A DNA stretch of 63,827 nt, counting the filler, from Choristocarpus tenellus KU-1152 (Eukaryota; Protista; Phaeophyceae), in the NCBI GenBank assembly GCA_964200185.2. It is 11 parts of 11 records of this genome, joined end to end, with 100 filler letters (N's around TTAATTAATTAA, not from the genome) between each part and the next. Parts side by side here need not be neighbours in the genome. Positions count along the whole stretch, not along the records: positions 20,501 to 26,812 come from CAXNAD020008410.1; positions 26,913 to 34,205 come from CAXNAD020006388.1; positions 34,306 to 37,077 come from CAXNAD020024879.1; 8 more parts are not named here. One strand, 5' to 3'. The position numbers were made by a program, and so were the translations under genes. A model generated the notes under the pieces. That model saw only the letters and a program-made list of their open reading frames with translations. It had not been told where the DNA came from and ran no database searches. How positions within the stretch are numbered: position 1 is the first letter of the stretch; each line of letters begins with the position of its first letter. Shown piece by piece: positions 23,740 through 37,077 of this stretch.

Positions 23740-24480
23740 TGTGCTTTGAGAGGTCTACGTCAAAGTATATCTCAAATCATCAAAGAGGATAAAGGTGATA
23801 AATCCAGCGAGATTGCTTGGTGTCTGTAGAGTGATTGATTCAAGTTGAGTGGGGCATGCAGGACTCCATAAAATCAGAAATGTTTCCTTTTATATGATGA
23901 GAACTTTTCTCACAAAGCTAATCACTGGTAAAAGGTTCGGATAACTCAACCACTAATAATGATTGTTCTCTTCCTCCATAATTATTTTACCGTAACTGTC
24001 CGATAGAGTTGGAAGAGTCTAATCGAACAGCCTACGGTCCTGGTCATGGAAGGTCGGCAGTAGTAGCTCGTTATGGTCGTTGCAAGTGAGACACAAGAAT
24101 ACTGAATAGGGCTATTGCTCAACAGGACTTTTTTGTAGCTGTTTGCATGTTCATCTGAGTCCATAGAAATTCTGTAGACGGGTGTAATTCTGTAGGAAAA
24201 GCTTAAGGAATTACTACCTGGTCTTACAACTTTTAGGTGCAGGAACAAAGCACACGAAACAGTACAAGAGAGTACTAGGAGAGAAGTGGAGAGCAGCTTC
24301 TCCATCTATTTATCCGAGGAAGATATATGAACAAAACAATGCATTTGGAATGCCAGTGATCAGAGCATGGATACGACAGCTCTCATTATAGCCAATGTTT
24401 TCCACGTGTTGAAAGGTTCGATGTGGACCTTGAATTACACCTGCATGTCATCGATTTTGAGTGGCAGGAAGTAGGTCGCA
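23740..24480 (+). mobile_element. Degraded Ty1/Copia reverse-transcriptase remnant
   Basis: Frameshifted fragments such as HGYDSSHYSQCFPRVERFDVDLELHLHV-IDF/VAGS and IAQQDFFV resemble Copia RT (GFxxSxxDPC..LxVHVDDxLxxG; D(A)xxAF). Confidence 0.5.
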
Positions 24481-26009
24481 AAAATAGTTTTCATTGGGAT
24501 GATTCCTAAAGCTCCTGCCACAGGTGTTCATTTTGCAAAAACATTTGTATTTAGCTCTTCGTCAATAGAATTATGGACGAATTGCAATAGGTAAAAAAAC
24601 TGTCTTATTACGCAAAACGGACAAAAACTGGGTACCTCTTGTTTGCTTTAGCTCGTTATTGAATGGATGGTTACCCCAGAATTTGAGCTGTTTTAGTACT
24701 ATAAGAGAGAGTTCTGGCTTGTATTGCCTTCAATATTATGAAAAACAGGGCACCTTTTGCCCCGCCCCCATGTGCTCCTGAATTCCCTTGAAATCCAATG
24801 GACGCGCCTCCTCTCACCCCCGGTCATACTCATAACCACATTGGGTCACCAAGGTGTACAGCTTCTCATAAATAGAGGAATGTAGATGTTGCAAGCCGGG
24901 AAAACGGATCGTCTCTGAGGGTCAGACTTGGGGGACCTTGGCCACACCTGGGAGAGCCCCTGAGGACTGCTGGCCTCATAGCCGGCAGACGTCTGGGGCT
25001 CCCGCAGGCTATGGCCTTGGGGCGCCATGCGGCGCATAGTAACCGCCTGGATTTTCCACGATACACTAAATGACCTGCTCAGAAATGGTGCGGACAAGGA
25101 GAATCCGACTGTTTAAATAAACAAAGATCCGTAGGATTATGACTGAACATCTCTAGGTCTGAATCCATGTAGGAAAGCAATGATCCCCTTGCTCTCGATT
25201 TCACGTGAAAAATCATGATAGCCTCTTTCCTGCAACACCCTTCAGCCCTGTCCCCCCCACTGCACAGCACAGGTGACCAATAGGAAATTCTGTCATCTTA
25301 TTTACCAAGGCACCTAAGGAGTAAAACAGATTGAGCGGTAGGTAGGTGTAGGCCCTTTTGGTTTCTAAGTTACCATTCTTTCCCTTTGCAAGTACACTCT
25401 ATTTCATTGTTTTATGTGCACAACAGTATACGAAAAATTGATACTCCCCCATGGTGACACCACAATTCAGCAAAGGCTATTTTGCCATTGTGTTACCGCA
25501 CGCTCCAGAAAGCTTACCTCCACAGGATGTATAATAACTCCAATCCACAAGCCTATAGAAGATGCTGATGCTCGTGCGAGCCTCTCAGGATACTTCAGCA
25601 GTCCAGGTAATCCAACGCGCGTCAGGTTAGCAGGACAGGGGTACTTCTTTATTTCAACGTGAGTGTGTAAATGACATCAAACAAAAGTAATGACTTCTAG
25701 CAGGAGCTTTCATTAAGCTGGGCTCTTTATTTCTTTTATTTTAACCTAACGTTTATTTTGTTTTGATTAACAGAAATTGGAATACATGTGAAAACCGTTG
25801 CGACATTCCCAAGTTACAGATCTTACTCGGCAACCTTTAGCAAATCGGAGTTCCTCTTTATAAGATTCCCCACGCTTGTATCTATACTGCTCGTTCTTGT
25901 TAGAACACGATAAGAAATACTCGTGCTATTCGCCTGTAACAATTGTACTAGAAGTGGTGTCTTTTTACCACTTCTAGGGATCCTTTAAATGCAACCTTTC
26001 CTACCTCTC

Positions 26010-26250
26010 AGCAGTCTTCGGCTGTTTTGTATTATAAGCCAGTTTTTCAATATTTTGCAATTCTCCCATATTTTTCTATGGGCGAAGTGCTAACTTTGAC
26101 TTCAGGATTGAATTATCTATTTTTGAAAACGTTTCGATACAATTCGGAAAATATCCTATATGTATTTGTAAAAAAAAGCCGAATCTTACACATATTTACC
26201 AGTAGTGTTCTTATAATGCAACTCTGGGTAACTCTCGTTTACTTTGGCTC
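26010..26250 (+). mobile_element. MITE family C copy (left end degraded)
   Basis: Ends ...ATGCAACTCTGGGTAACTCTCGTTTACTTTGGCTC, with internal similarity to the 17390 and 60266 copies. Confidence 0.75.
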
Positions 26251-26289
26251 AGGAGCAGCTACACCATTGTTGGTGGATGAGTGAACCCC

Positions 26290-26812
26290 TTTTCTGCAAA
26301 GGCATCTTCCAGAAGTCAGCCTTAGCCCCTGGAGGGAGCTGAGCCAGCATTCGAAAGGGAGGAGAGGTTCCTGTCCTCAGTAAACGGACTTCCATCCTTC
26401 ATTGCGCAAGGGATGTACATTCTCCTGAAGATCCGGTTTAGCTAACCGTTTTATCATAGGCGTATGCTAGCGTACTTATTGCTCTCCTGCCTTAGGGAGG
26501 TGTGGGCACGTCAGGTGTTGGCATTGTACCTCCTCCACCCAGTCACCAGGCACCTGTTGGATAGGGCCTCCTCACTCCCTGGAGACTTGCTGGTGGCGAG
26601 TCTGAACTCTACAGGAAGAATCTGGCATGCTGGTTCTAAGGGTTGTTTGGAGGCCCATGCATCGGCCCCTTGCCCACACTGGCTCCAGTGGCGGGCTAGA
26701 GCTAGCGAAGAAACTCCCTTGCTCCTCTGCATCCCCCGGGAGTTAAGCCCGTTGCATCCGGAAGGAGCCAAATGGGATCTTGTTCAGAAGGCGGGTTATT
26801 TCATGTTGTAAC
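26290..26812 (-). mobile_element. Non-LTR retrotransposon (CRE/R2-like clade) C-terminal remnant
   Basis: LARHWSQCGQGADAWASKQPLEPACQILPVEFRLATSKSPGSEEALSNRC resembles the ARLxSxxGxGAxAWLxxxP....FxxAxRRxLG..C region preceding the CCHC/RLE domain. Confidence 0.6.
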
Positions 26813-27365
26813 NNNNNNNNNNNNNNNNNNNNNNNNNNNNNNNNNNNNNNNNNNNNTTAATTAATTAANNNNNNNNNNNNNNNNNNNNNNNNNNNNNNNN
26901 NNNNNNNNNNNNTGGTCCCTTCCCCCCCTCCCCCTCCCAGCCTCTTTTTTTGTGTGCTTTGACCTCCACATCCTGCCCCAGTGAGGTGGTCTGTTTTGTT
27001 GTGTTACGTTGGGTATATATATATATATATATTTTTTTTTTTGCCACTGCTGTACGTTTTTACATACTAGTGTAACCCATCATGTCTTGTGACAGAAATA
27101 GAACTGTAATGTAATTTTCTTGTAATTTTTGTGGCTACTGTTTTGAAATACTGTTTTGCTCTGGCACTTTTTTTTTTTTCCTTGATGTTGTATTCAATAG
27201 TGTGATCCTTCTCCTTTGTTTATTTTGTTTTTCATCACTTTCTCAGTCTCTAGTTAAGTGAATATCTATCTGTATCTTTTTATGTTACAACCATTGACTC
27301 AACTTGTCAACATCGTGGGGTCTTGCTTCAACAAATGGACGCCTCCTTTGGTTTTGCTGTCTTAG

Positions 27366-30300
27366 GGGCGAGACTGCCCTTGTGACCTCTTCCAGAGATA
27401 GTATGATGTCACCCGCAATAGGTGGGGGGTTGAAGGTACTGCCCAGTCCAGTAATGATCAGAACTGCCACTTGTGCTGTGAGAGTTGAAGGTGGTGAAGT
27501 GGAGAGAGCCAAGGTGTGTGTGTGTGTGTGTTTATTTTTTATTTTTTATTTTGTTGGTGGATGGGTGGATGGATGGATGGTTGTTAGGTGTGTATGAGAG
27601 AGAGGGCTTGTGTTCTGTCGACTGATGTATGTTACCTTAATTTGATTTCATTGCATTTTGATTGTGTTTAAGGTTTGGGCTGAGTGTTGGGATATTTTTG
27701 GATGAGGAATTTGTGATTGTAGAGGTTATTGAGTAATGGTGAAAGCGATCATTCAAAGGTACTAGTGATTTGAAGTAATATTTTCAGGATGGACGGTGGA
27801 ATTTTTGTTGTTGTTCTACAAATAAAATGGTTTATTTTTGCATTTGAGCATGTGCACTGACCCTTTAAAAAAATGTAATCTAGAAATGGCTTGAAAGCTC
27901 ATATTCCCCTCATTTTGTTTAGTTTGTAGTGCACAGAGTGGTGGTATATACGTTAGTACTTTGGACCTTTAATACTGAAGTACTGTTGCATTCAATAAAT
28001 GATCTTATTTTGTTGTTTCAAAATATAAAAATATGTATGGTATGTTTTTGTTCTGTTGTTTTAAGCACTGCACTGTCATTGTGAAGTGCACGTACTTGGC
28101 ACTTAGGAAGCGGTAAATTCGCCCCTGAAATGTATTGTCCCTATTTTTTAACAATTTGGGAACATTTTGCTTCTCATGTCCCTTATTTTAACTTTTTAAC
28201 TTTTTTCTTTTTCGTAGGGAGCATATGCCTGCCTATACCTTCTTTTAAAGAAAAGAGCCGTTTGAAGCACTGAACATGGAATATGTGTCTGCTACTACAT
28301 AAATAACCACTACACAGACAGACAGACAGACAGACAGACACACAGGCAGACAGACAGACAGACAGACAGACAGACGGGCAGACCCACAGACAGACCCACT
28401 GACACACACAGACACACAGACACAGACACAGACACAGACACATACACACACACACACACAGACACACAGACACACACACACACACACAGACACACACACA
28501 CACACAGACACACACACACACACACACAAAGTGTTCCCATCAGGCCGGGAAGGCAATCATGCATGGGTGGGTCTCCTCCTCCTCCAGGGGGGACGTTGGT
28601 TCCAGAGATGGGGATGTGGTGGTTGCTGGGGAGAGGACGGACTGGTTCAAAGACGCAGTTCTAAATCACCCATTGCAGGAAGGGTACAGTCAGACCTACT
28701 ATGATGATGGTTCCAGCTACGTTGGACCACTCAAGGGTGGAAGGCGTATGGGGGAGGGGGCATACTTCTTTGCTGATGGGAGCCGGTACGTGGAATAAAA
28801 AAATATTATTTTTTGTCTGTTGTCTTGGTAGTTGAGTACAATTGACTCATCTAGGTACTGATAGTGGCACAAGGTGTATAGTGAACTTTGTGTGCGCTAG
28901 CCTCCTAAAAGTACAGAAGATTCTGATTCTCTGTACATTGTAGGTAATGATAATGCCTTTCGGAATAATGGCAAACCCGTTTTGAAAGTTGGGTGACGGA
29001 GGGTCAAGAGGAGGGTGGAAGGGGAGGGAGGACCGTAATTGCTTTGTAGGTGCCAGTTGTACAGAGTATATATTAGTCGATTATTTTTAGTGTACTATCT
29101 GTTTGTTTTTTTTAATTCTTTTATTTGCAGTGTGGTTTGCAGTGGCCTGCCATGGTGCTGAAACCTGAACATGTGAGTTTATAAATTCAAAAGTTGTGAT
29201 TTTAGAGGGTGTATGGCGCCACGACTTGTGACACACTCTTATGTGGGAAGGGAACTGGAAGCATGGAAGTATGATCTGAAATGGAAAGATTGAGAGTTGA
29301 AGCAGCCCGGAGGGGGGGGGAGTGCTTTGCCTGGTTTTGAGTTCAAGGGATCTTTTGAACCTTGCTTGCAGAAGTTTTTTTAAAATTGAAAAGGGACTTC
29401 GACAAGGGTGTCTTGCTTTTGTGAATGGAGTGGATTCAAGAAATACTGGTAGTCAAAGTGGTATTCAAAGTGGTATTCAAAATTGTAGTCAAAATGATAG
29501 TCAAGATGATAGTCAAAATGTTCTTCACACCTGTGGGGAATGATTGCCCCAAAATAATGTGCCGCCAGAATCTCAAAGGGGCCGTTAAGACTCAATGACA
29601 CCCCCCCTTTTGAGTACTTCATCTCTGATGCTGCATGAAGCAATCAATGTTTAATTGCACCCAAGCTTTGAAGACTTTGCTGTTCCTCCTTCCACCTTGC
29701 TCGGCGAAGACTCCTTTTAACCAAAAATGGTAGCCATCCTTTTTGGTTTCTTGAAGTTAGACATTTGTGACAGAGAAACACCCAGCCAATAAATACACAC
29801 TCCTGTGACTAGTTTATTATTCTTTTCATTATTCTCCTTTTTGGATCGCTTGGTCAATCTCTTTTCATCTTTGCTTTGCTTTGCCTTGCTTTGCTTTGCC
29901 TTGCTTTGCTTTGCTTTACTTTTATTTATTTTCTCTCAGTTATGAGGGAGGTTTCAAGGATGATCTGAGGTGCGGCAATGGTACCCTGGTCCTGGCTGGA
30001 GGTGGAAGGTAAGACAGTCCTATTCACAGGAGAGTATTCAGCACTGCTTTGAAGTATTAAAAATATATTACTTCTATTGTTACTCATGCTAAGTGACTTA
30101 TGGAGTTGATTTTGAAAATAGATGATTTTTTTCATGTTTGTACACTGGTTCATGTTTTGTAGTTCATCCATGGACTATCTGTTCTATTCTTATACTGCAT
30201 TGCAACTATACCATACAATGTATACCAACCCTCATTCCCTCCCCCATATATATATGTATGTAGGAAGTTATAAGAACATGGTAGTGTACTATTTAGAATA

Positions 30301-33300
30301 TTGAGAGTAATTGATAGTGATGCTTCTGAAGTGCAATATATCTTGTTCCCATTTAAATTTCATGCACACGAGCCCACATACAAGAATCAGATTCTTTTGA
30401 AATGAAAGAAAGAGTAAAACATATCAATGATAATAGTAGATAATAATAATAATTATTATTTTTGTGACTTAAAAATAATGATTATGAAAATAGATCTAAT
30501 AATACAACTACAGTAGACACACTTATCCAATTGATGAGAATACAGGTTGTTGACTTACACACATACATACATGGATACATGCATATATATATATATATAT
30601 ATATGTAATACACACGTAATACATACACATAGTACATGATGCATGCATACACATGCATATATATAATACAATATACATGCACATATACATACATATATAT
30701 ATATATATACATATATATAATACACAGTACATGCACATATAATACATACATTCACATACATATATATATATAGTATGCAATGCATGCACATATAATACAT
30801 AAATACATATAATACACAATGCATGTACTTATACATACATACATGATACATACATACATACATACATACATACATACATACATACACACACATATATATA
30901 TATATATATATAATACACAATACATACACATATACATGCATACATGCATACATACATACTTGCTCACAGCGATCATCACTGTTCTCTTTTGTTGGCTGTT
31001 GTTGTTGGTGTTGGAAGGTATGTGGGGGAATGGGCGGGTGACCTACAGCATGGACAGGGTACCTTCTACTTTACAGACACCTCCTGCTTTAGGGGGATGT
31101 GGGTCAGGGTGAGTTATGGAGATCGGAGTATGTTCTATGTACTAGTAGGGTGTACAATTAGAAGTAGAAGTAGAATCGGAATGATGCATACGGAGGGGTT
31201 TGAAAGTATGTATGTATATATATATGTTTGTGAGGAGTACTCTACTCTTGCATGTACTGATTTATATTCTCATCGGTATGTTTTAGGTCATTTTATTATT
31301 CTTATTATTCTTAATTGTATTATAATTGGGGCAAAATGTACAGTTTTTGAAAAAAACGCACAAGTAATATAGAAGAAAAAGAGAAAAAAAGAGAAAAAAG
31401 AAAGAAAAAAAGGGAAAAGATAACCTTGGGGTCAACCATCTCTAGTTTTATCTTTATTTTTACTTCAGACCTGCGGGTGAGTGCCCTTCCACCCACAAAA
31501 CGGTGTATGGTATACTCTGTATCATATATTACCTCTATATCATCACCTCTAGCTACGGGTGTTAATGATCTTACCTCATCTGGATCCCTTTCCCCCCATC
31601 ACCTCCCATACCAGACAGAGCCTCTGATTTCCCATGAGAACTAGGGGTTTGTTACATGTACTGGGAGGGCTGTCTTTGTTCCCGGTGTGCTTAGGGTTAG
31701 GGGAGTGTTTATTTTTGTGGATGGAAGGCGTTGTTGGTTGGTTTGTTAACAGGCACGGTCTCAATAGAGTACCAACTGACGTCCTGTGTGAAGTGTGATG
31801 GTCCTTGTGGAGTCAATCGATACCCTGTTGTGAACCCACTTTGTCCACTGCCAATCGTGCTCTTTAGAAATAATATTAATATCAATGATAATACTAATAT
31901 CAATGATAATATCAATGATAATATCAATGATAATATTAATATTAATAATAATAATAATATCAATGATAATATCAATGATAATATCAATGATAATATTAAT
32001 ATTAATAATAATAATAATATCAATGATAATATCAATGATAATATTAATAATATTATTAATAATACTATTATAATAACAATGGGTGTGTACACAAGAGATA
32101 CCGGTACAATCCTTTCCATTTTTTTTCTTGCTGGGAACACAGCACATGTTTATTTATTTATATTTTACTGTTTAATATTGTAAGTTGTACATTATTATTT
32201 TTTGTTATTTTGACTGTACTCTTGTACAGTTCTTGTTGTAGCTGTACCTTTTATTTGTCTTTTTTAAATTTTTATATACACTATGTTTCTCTATTCTTTG
32301 ATGCAACTGTATGGAAATATACGGTATATTAAAAAATGTGCTATTTAGTGCTTTTCCTTTTTCTTTTCATTTTGAAACTATTTTCTCGTTTTTGTTGGCC
32401 TTATTGTGTTTGTATTTGTGTTTGGGGGGGGGGGTTGTGGCACCACAGGGCAAGAAGAAAAGTGGGGTGTTTACCTATAGTTCTGGAGGGCGTTACATTG
32501 GAGAACTGCAGGGTAGCAAGAGGCATGGGAGGGGATCTTTTCAGTATCCAGATGGATCGAGCTATGAGGGACAGTGGAAAGACAATGTGAAGCATGGTGA
32601 GGTTTACAGGTTGTTAGAGGAGTGAGGTGCTGTACCAATAGGTCAAGTAGAGTACTGCATTCATTGTTTGCTGATGAATGTATATATATATATATGTATG
32701 TATGTATTGTGTATTATGTAGAGATCACTGAAGTATGCATCCGATTTGAATGATGTGAATGACAATGTGTGTGTGTGTGTGTATGCACTGTTCTCCTTTG
32801 CTGTGCACTTTAATGATGCATTTATTTGCATATTTTAGTATTGCAGTGTAGTTGTGTTTTTTTTTGTGTTGAGTATGTTGCTATAGAGCTAACTCCAGAG
32901 CTTTATGAGTGTGTAACACCAATGCATTTATGGTTTGAATGCACATAATATGTGTTGTACTATACTATAGTACATACTGGTATTCTGTGGGCAAAACTAA
33001 CATAGGTGTGATTTGTAGTGTTGTTGCATGTAATATGTACTAAATTAGGATTGGTGTGTATACTGTAGTTACTTTTGGGTTTTGTGTTGGTTACTCTGAT
33101 TAGATCCTTTTGCCATTTTTTTTTTTTGAAATTCTAAGTAAGATTTATTATCGATAGACTGCAGGGATGGTATTGTATGTCTTGGTGAGGTATATGACAA
33201 CAATAACAACATGAGTAATAAATAGTAGCATTCACAATAACAACATGAGTAGAAAGAATGAATAAACAATAGTATTCACAATAACAACATGAGTAGAAAG

Positions 33301-34082
33301 AATGAATAAACAATAGTATTCACAATAACAACATGAGTAATAAGAATGAATAAACAATAGTATTCACAATAACAACATGGGTAATAAGAATGAATATATA
33401 CTAGTATTCACAGTAACAACATGAGTAATAAGAATTAATATATATAATAGTATTCACAATAATGAGGACCGTCCTAGTTGGCATACTTTTTTTTTGTTTT
33501 TCTCTCAGACGATAACATGAAGTATGACATAATCTTTTCGAATGAAAAACGAAGTGTTGCCTTTTAAAAATATTTTTTTTTAAAAACAGAACAATTATCT
33601 TCCCGTCGGTGAGAAAATCAATAACTTTTTTTTTTCTTTACCCCAGTGGTAATAACGGTCCATTAATAAAAAAAGGATTGACAAGAGAGTAGAGTGTGTT
33701 GGTGTCTACTGAATAGTAGTAGACGCTATTCAGTAGACACCAACACACTCTACTACTATTGTCTGTACTACTTACTTACTGTATGTACATGTGATTACTG
33801 TATGTACATGTGATTACTGTATGTACATGTGATTTTTTTTGTCACGATTAAAAAAAAAATGATATTAATGTATAACTGTCGGACACTGATGTACCTCATT
33901 TTGTCAACAGGGGAAGGAGCCGCCTGGTATGCTGCTGGAAATCGATACGTTGGGCAGTGGAGGAATGGAAAGTATCATGGACAGGGGGCTTACTACTACC
34001 ATACAGGTGCACGTTATGAGGGGAACTTTGCTCATGGGAAGAGTCACGGATACGGGGTTTATCATTACACAAATGGCAACAG
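27366..34082 (+). CDS. MORN-repeat protein, internal exons 27366-27513, 28544-28785, 31018-31108, 32449-32596, 33911-34082
   Basis: All four junctions are GT-AG and phase compatible. The product has tandem MORN repeats (YxGxWxxxxxHGxGxxxYxxG), e.g. [12 protein letters not shown] and [14 protein letters not shown]. Both ends are cut by contig breaks. Confidence 0.9.
28311..28528. repeat. (GACA)n/(CA)n microsatellite immediately upstream of a MORN acceptor
   Basis: Seen directly. Confidence 0.95.
30556..30959. repeat. Compound TA/CA/CATA microsatellite
   Basis: Seen directly. Confidence 0.95.
31868..32078. repeat. AAT-rich repeat with 12-bp (ATCAATGATAAT) and ~60-bp higher-order periodicity
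   Basis: Seen directly. Confidence 0.9.
33198..33463. repeat. 44-bp minisatellite, ~6 copies
   Basis: AGTATTCACAATAACAACATGAGTA(G/A).. recurs at 33271, 33315, 33359, 33403 and 33449. Confidence 0.9.
33688..33754. other. Perfect 29-bp inverted repeat, 9-nt loop, in MORN-gene intron
   Basis: AGTAGAGTGTGTTGGTGTCTACTGAATAG-tagtagacg-CTATTCAGTAGACACCAACACACTCTACT. Confidence 0.95.
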
Positions 34083-34905
34083 GTGAGGGGTTAAAAAAAT
34101 AGTGTGTGTGTGTGTTGGGGGGGGGGGGGGGGGGGGGGAAGAGGTATGTTTTTGTTTTTTTTTATAAAAAAGGTTGGTGGTTTTTTTTGGGGGGAAGATT
34201 GTTATNNNNNNNNNNNNNNNNNNNNNNNNNNNNNNNNNNNNNNNNNNNNTTAATTAATTAANNNNNNNNNNNNNNNNNNNNNNNNNNNNNNNNNNNNNNN
34301 NNNNNTATCCAATCAAATCATCCAAAAATTGCAACAGGAAAAAATGGACCCCAAATGGACAGCCACCCCCCCCCCCAGATACTTTGAGTCCCAGGATTTG
34401 CAAGCAGTGAGAGTCTACACAACCCATGCACTAGACAAGCTGCACAAATAACTCCCCACCTCCACACAAGGTCATGACTGCATTCTCAGAGAAATCAGGG
34501 CTACCAGATTCCCTCTCACTCTCCTCATCCAATTCTGCTCCAAATCTCAACTAACCACCAAGCAGGTTCAGAATGGAGCTCACTGTCTCTAACAGCAACC
34601 ACACCTATGATATCAACAACCGCCCCCTGTCCACTCTTCCTCCCAGTCCTACTTAGTGGGCCAACCGAAAAGCTGTAGAGAGAGAGAGAGAGGGAGGGGG
34701 CATAAGACCCTCTTGTATCACCGTCAGTAGAACCAACATGTACTCACTTCTCTTGTCCTCTGGTCTGATGTCTTGGTATACTTCTCCAACAAAAGGTCCT
34801 AGTCGCCCAGATGATGGTCCAGGTACTGTGCTATAAAGCATATGCCATTTACCTGTTGGTTGATTTGAGAGGGATGCGTTACTTCAAATGCGAGAAAAAG
34901 CCCAT

Positions 34906-35871
34906 CTAAGGGGATGTAAGGTAGTGGCGGTTGCTCGATCTAATCAGTGACATCTGGGCTGCATCTTCTGATAATCTGATCATCGCTTTTGCCATATTGG
35001 GAATGCTGAGTAGTAGAAACTCGAGTTCCTGCAACAAAAAGTGAAGAATATGTGTCGTTGTATTTGAAAACGGAATATAGACGTTGCTCTAGTGGATGGT
35101 CATACAAGATGATGTATGGTCAGGTTTAGACAACCAAAGGTAAAGGTATATCCACGTAAATACCCCAACCCATCCTCCTCTGGCGTTTTCTCCCTGACCC
35201 AAGGAACAAAAATGTTGAACACTAGCAACATCAGAGTACTACCTCAACAAGTTGTGTTGGAGTCCTACCGGCAAGGAGTGGACTCAGCGCTGGTTTTGAA
35301 GTGGGGTTTAGCTTGTTAAGGTCCTGTTGAGCGGTGGCCATTGGAAACGGAATAGTAGACGGGGAAAACATCTTGGGTCAAGGTAAGATATGGAATGGGT
35401 CAATGAATTAAGTGTGGCTCAGGCTTTGACAGATCGCACCTAATGCCAGCACTTTCTTAAGGTCTAAAAGATTGACTGGATTACCATGACCAAGAAAACT
35501 GACACTAAAAAAAATAAGTACACTCCATCCCTTTTAGGGACCACTCTTGTAGGTATCCCTCTATGAAGTGTGACACGATCCAACACAGGCGTTAAGGAAG
35601 TGACTCGAGAACCTAATCCCCCAACATAAGATTATCAATGGGATGCGAAGTAACTAGGAATTATATTTTTATTACGAAGCCACTTTCTTCACGAACCTGA
35701 ACCAGCTCCTCGATTCTAGACCGACGCTGCTTAGCCACCCGGACCTCGTTTGCCGTTCCTGAGCACAGTTCTCTGAGTTCTTGTTGGAGTGCAAGGGCAG
35801 CAGGAGGTATACAGTCTGGGGGATCAAATGTGCTAGGTGTCGCTCCTCTTTCACTCACCCTGGATAATCCT
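34906..35871 (-). CDS. Small hypothetical coiled-coil protein, last two exons (35871-35697, 35028-34906), divergent from DHS
   Basis: Phase-0 splice cag|gttcgt..ttgcag|gaa gives ..ALQQELRELCSGTANEVRVAKQRRSRIEELVQ-ELEFLLLSIPNMAKAMIRLSEDAAQMSLIRSSNRHYLTSP*. First exon unresolved. Confidence 0.5.
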
Positions 35872-36464
35872 CTGAAAGAAAAAGAACTCCAAGGCGTCAG
35901 AACAACAGGTACCCTGTGTCACGTTCACGGCAGGTGGGACATGGTTGGTGGGCACATTCCTTGACCCACCAAATAGGAAGATGGTCAACACACACGCAGG
36001 TGGCTTTGGGTAAAGACCTACAAGAACATTGCAAGATTTGAGTAGGAGGGAGAACCTGGTCGAGAACAGTAGGTATCATGGGAAAGGGGTAGGTGTTTAA
36101 TCAGCGCTTGAGTATACCAAGTTGTTGGGCAACACACTTGGGGGTCATCAATATCTTTCATGAACTCTTGGACGGCGGGTATAGTCGACGCTTGCCTGGA
36201 TCCCTCAACGTGGTAAACAATCAGTAGCAGTAGCAGTAGCAGTAGTAGCTGCTGTCGCTTTAACAGTCTTTCATAGCACATGCTGCGAGGTGGTGAAGCA
36301 AACAACGATAGGATTTTGTCTTTGGTGTGTTCTCTTTTCACATGAACATTTGAAGTTGGACTACCGACGAATTTGACCGACGATCTCCAAGAATATATCA
36401 AATATACCATCATCCACTTACTTTACTATCCATTAATTAAAAAACCAACCTAATAGGAGTGGCG

Positions 36465-37077
36465 ATGTCGACTGAAGGACCTCCCGAACTTGCGCAGGAG
36501 GCTGTTCTAGTTAAGTCTGTCCCCGTGGCCGAGGGCACGCCTATAGTGAAGGGATATGACTTCAATAAAGGAGTTGATTTGGATGGGATCATGGCTGCTG
36601 CTTTGACAACAGGTTTCCAGGTGGGTTACTTCTTCTGCGTTGCGATGAACTTGCTGGATCTAACTCTAAATCCGCCATTGTAGTGCTTGGATCAGTGGAG
36701 CTCGTACACCTTCATTTCTTGGCATCCTTGCCATGCCCTTTGCTGTGCTAGGTAAATTGCGCTCACTGGAATATGTGGGGACGACCTATCCTTATGTCTC
36801 GACGAACAGGTTCACGACCAGGAAAAATGTCTGAGCTAGGGGGATAGAAGTGAGGTGGGGTAAGCCAGATCGCGAGAAGGTCCTGTTTGATGTATTATTC
36901 TGATGTGCATATAGGCGTTTGTTGTACATACACGACCAACTGCGTCAACACAATATGGTAACATTTTGCCTGCACAAACCTCGCTCATGTCCTTGAAGGC
37001 AACAAACCTCGCCCTGGCCATAGAGGAGGTGAATCGCATGCGCAGATGGCGTCTGAGCGACCGACCACCGAGACCCG
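36465..37077 (+). CDS. DHPS: Deoxyhypusine synthase, exons 36465-36620 and 36999-37077 (truncated by contig end)
   Basis: AQEAVLVKS...VKGYDFNKGVDLDGIMAAALTTGFQ|ATNLALAIEEVNRMRRWRLSD is the canonical DHS N-terminus (TGFQATN). Confidence 0.95.

Noticed and set aside
24846-25097. C5-methyltransferase-like VENPGG motif
   Set aside because: A single short motif in a stop-containing frame, with no motif I or IV support.
28183-32183. VC-, YI/MY- and NI/LI-rich ORFs
   Set aside because: These are translations of intronic microsatellites.
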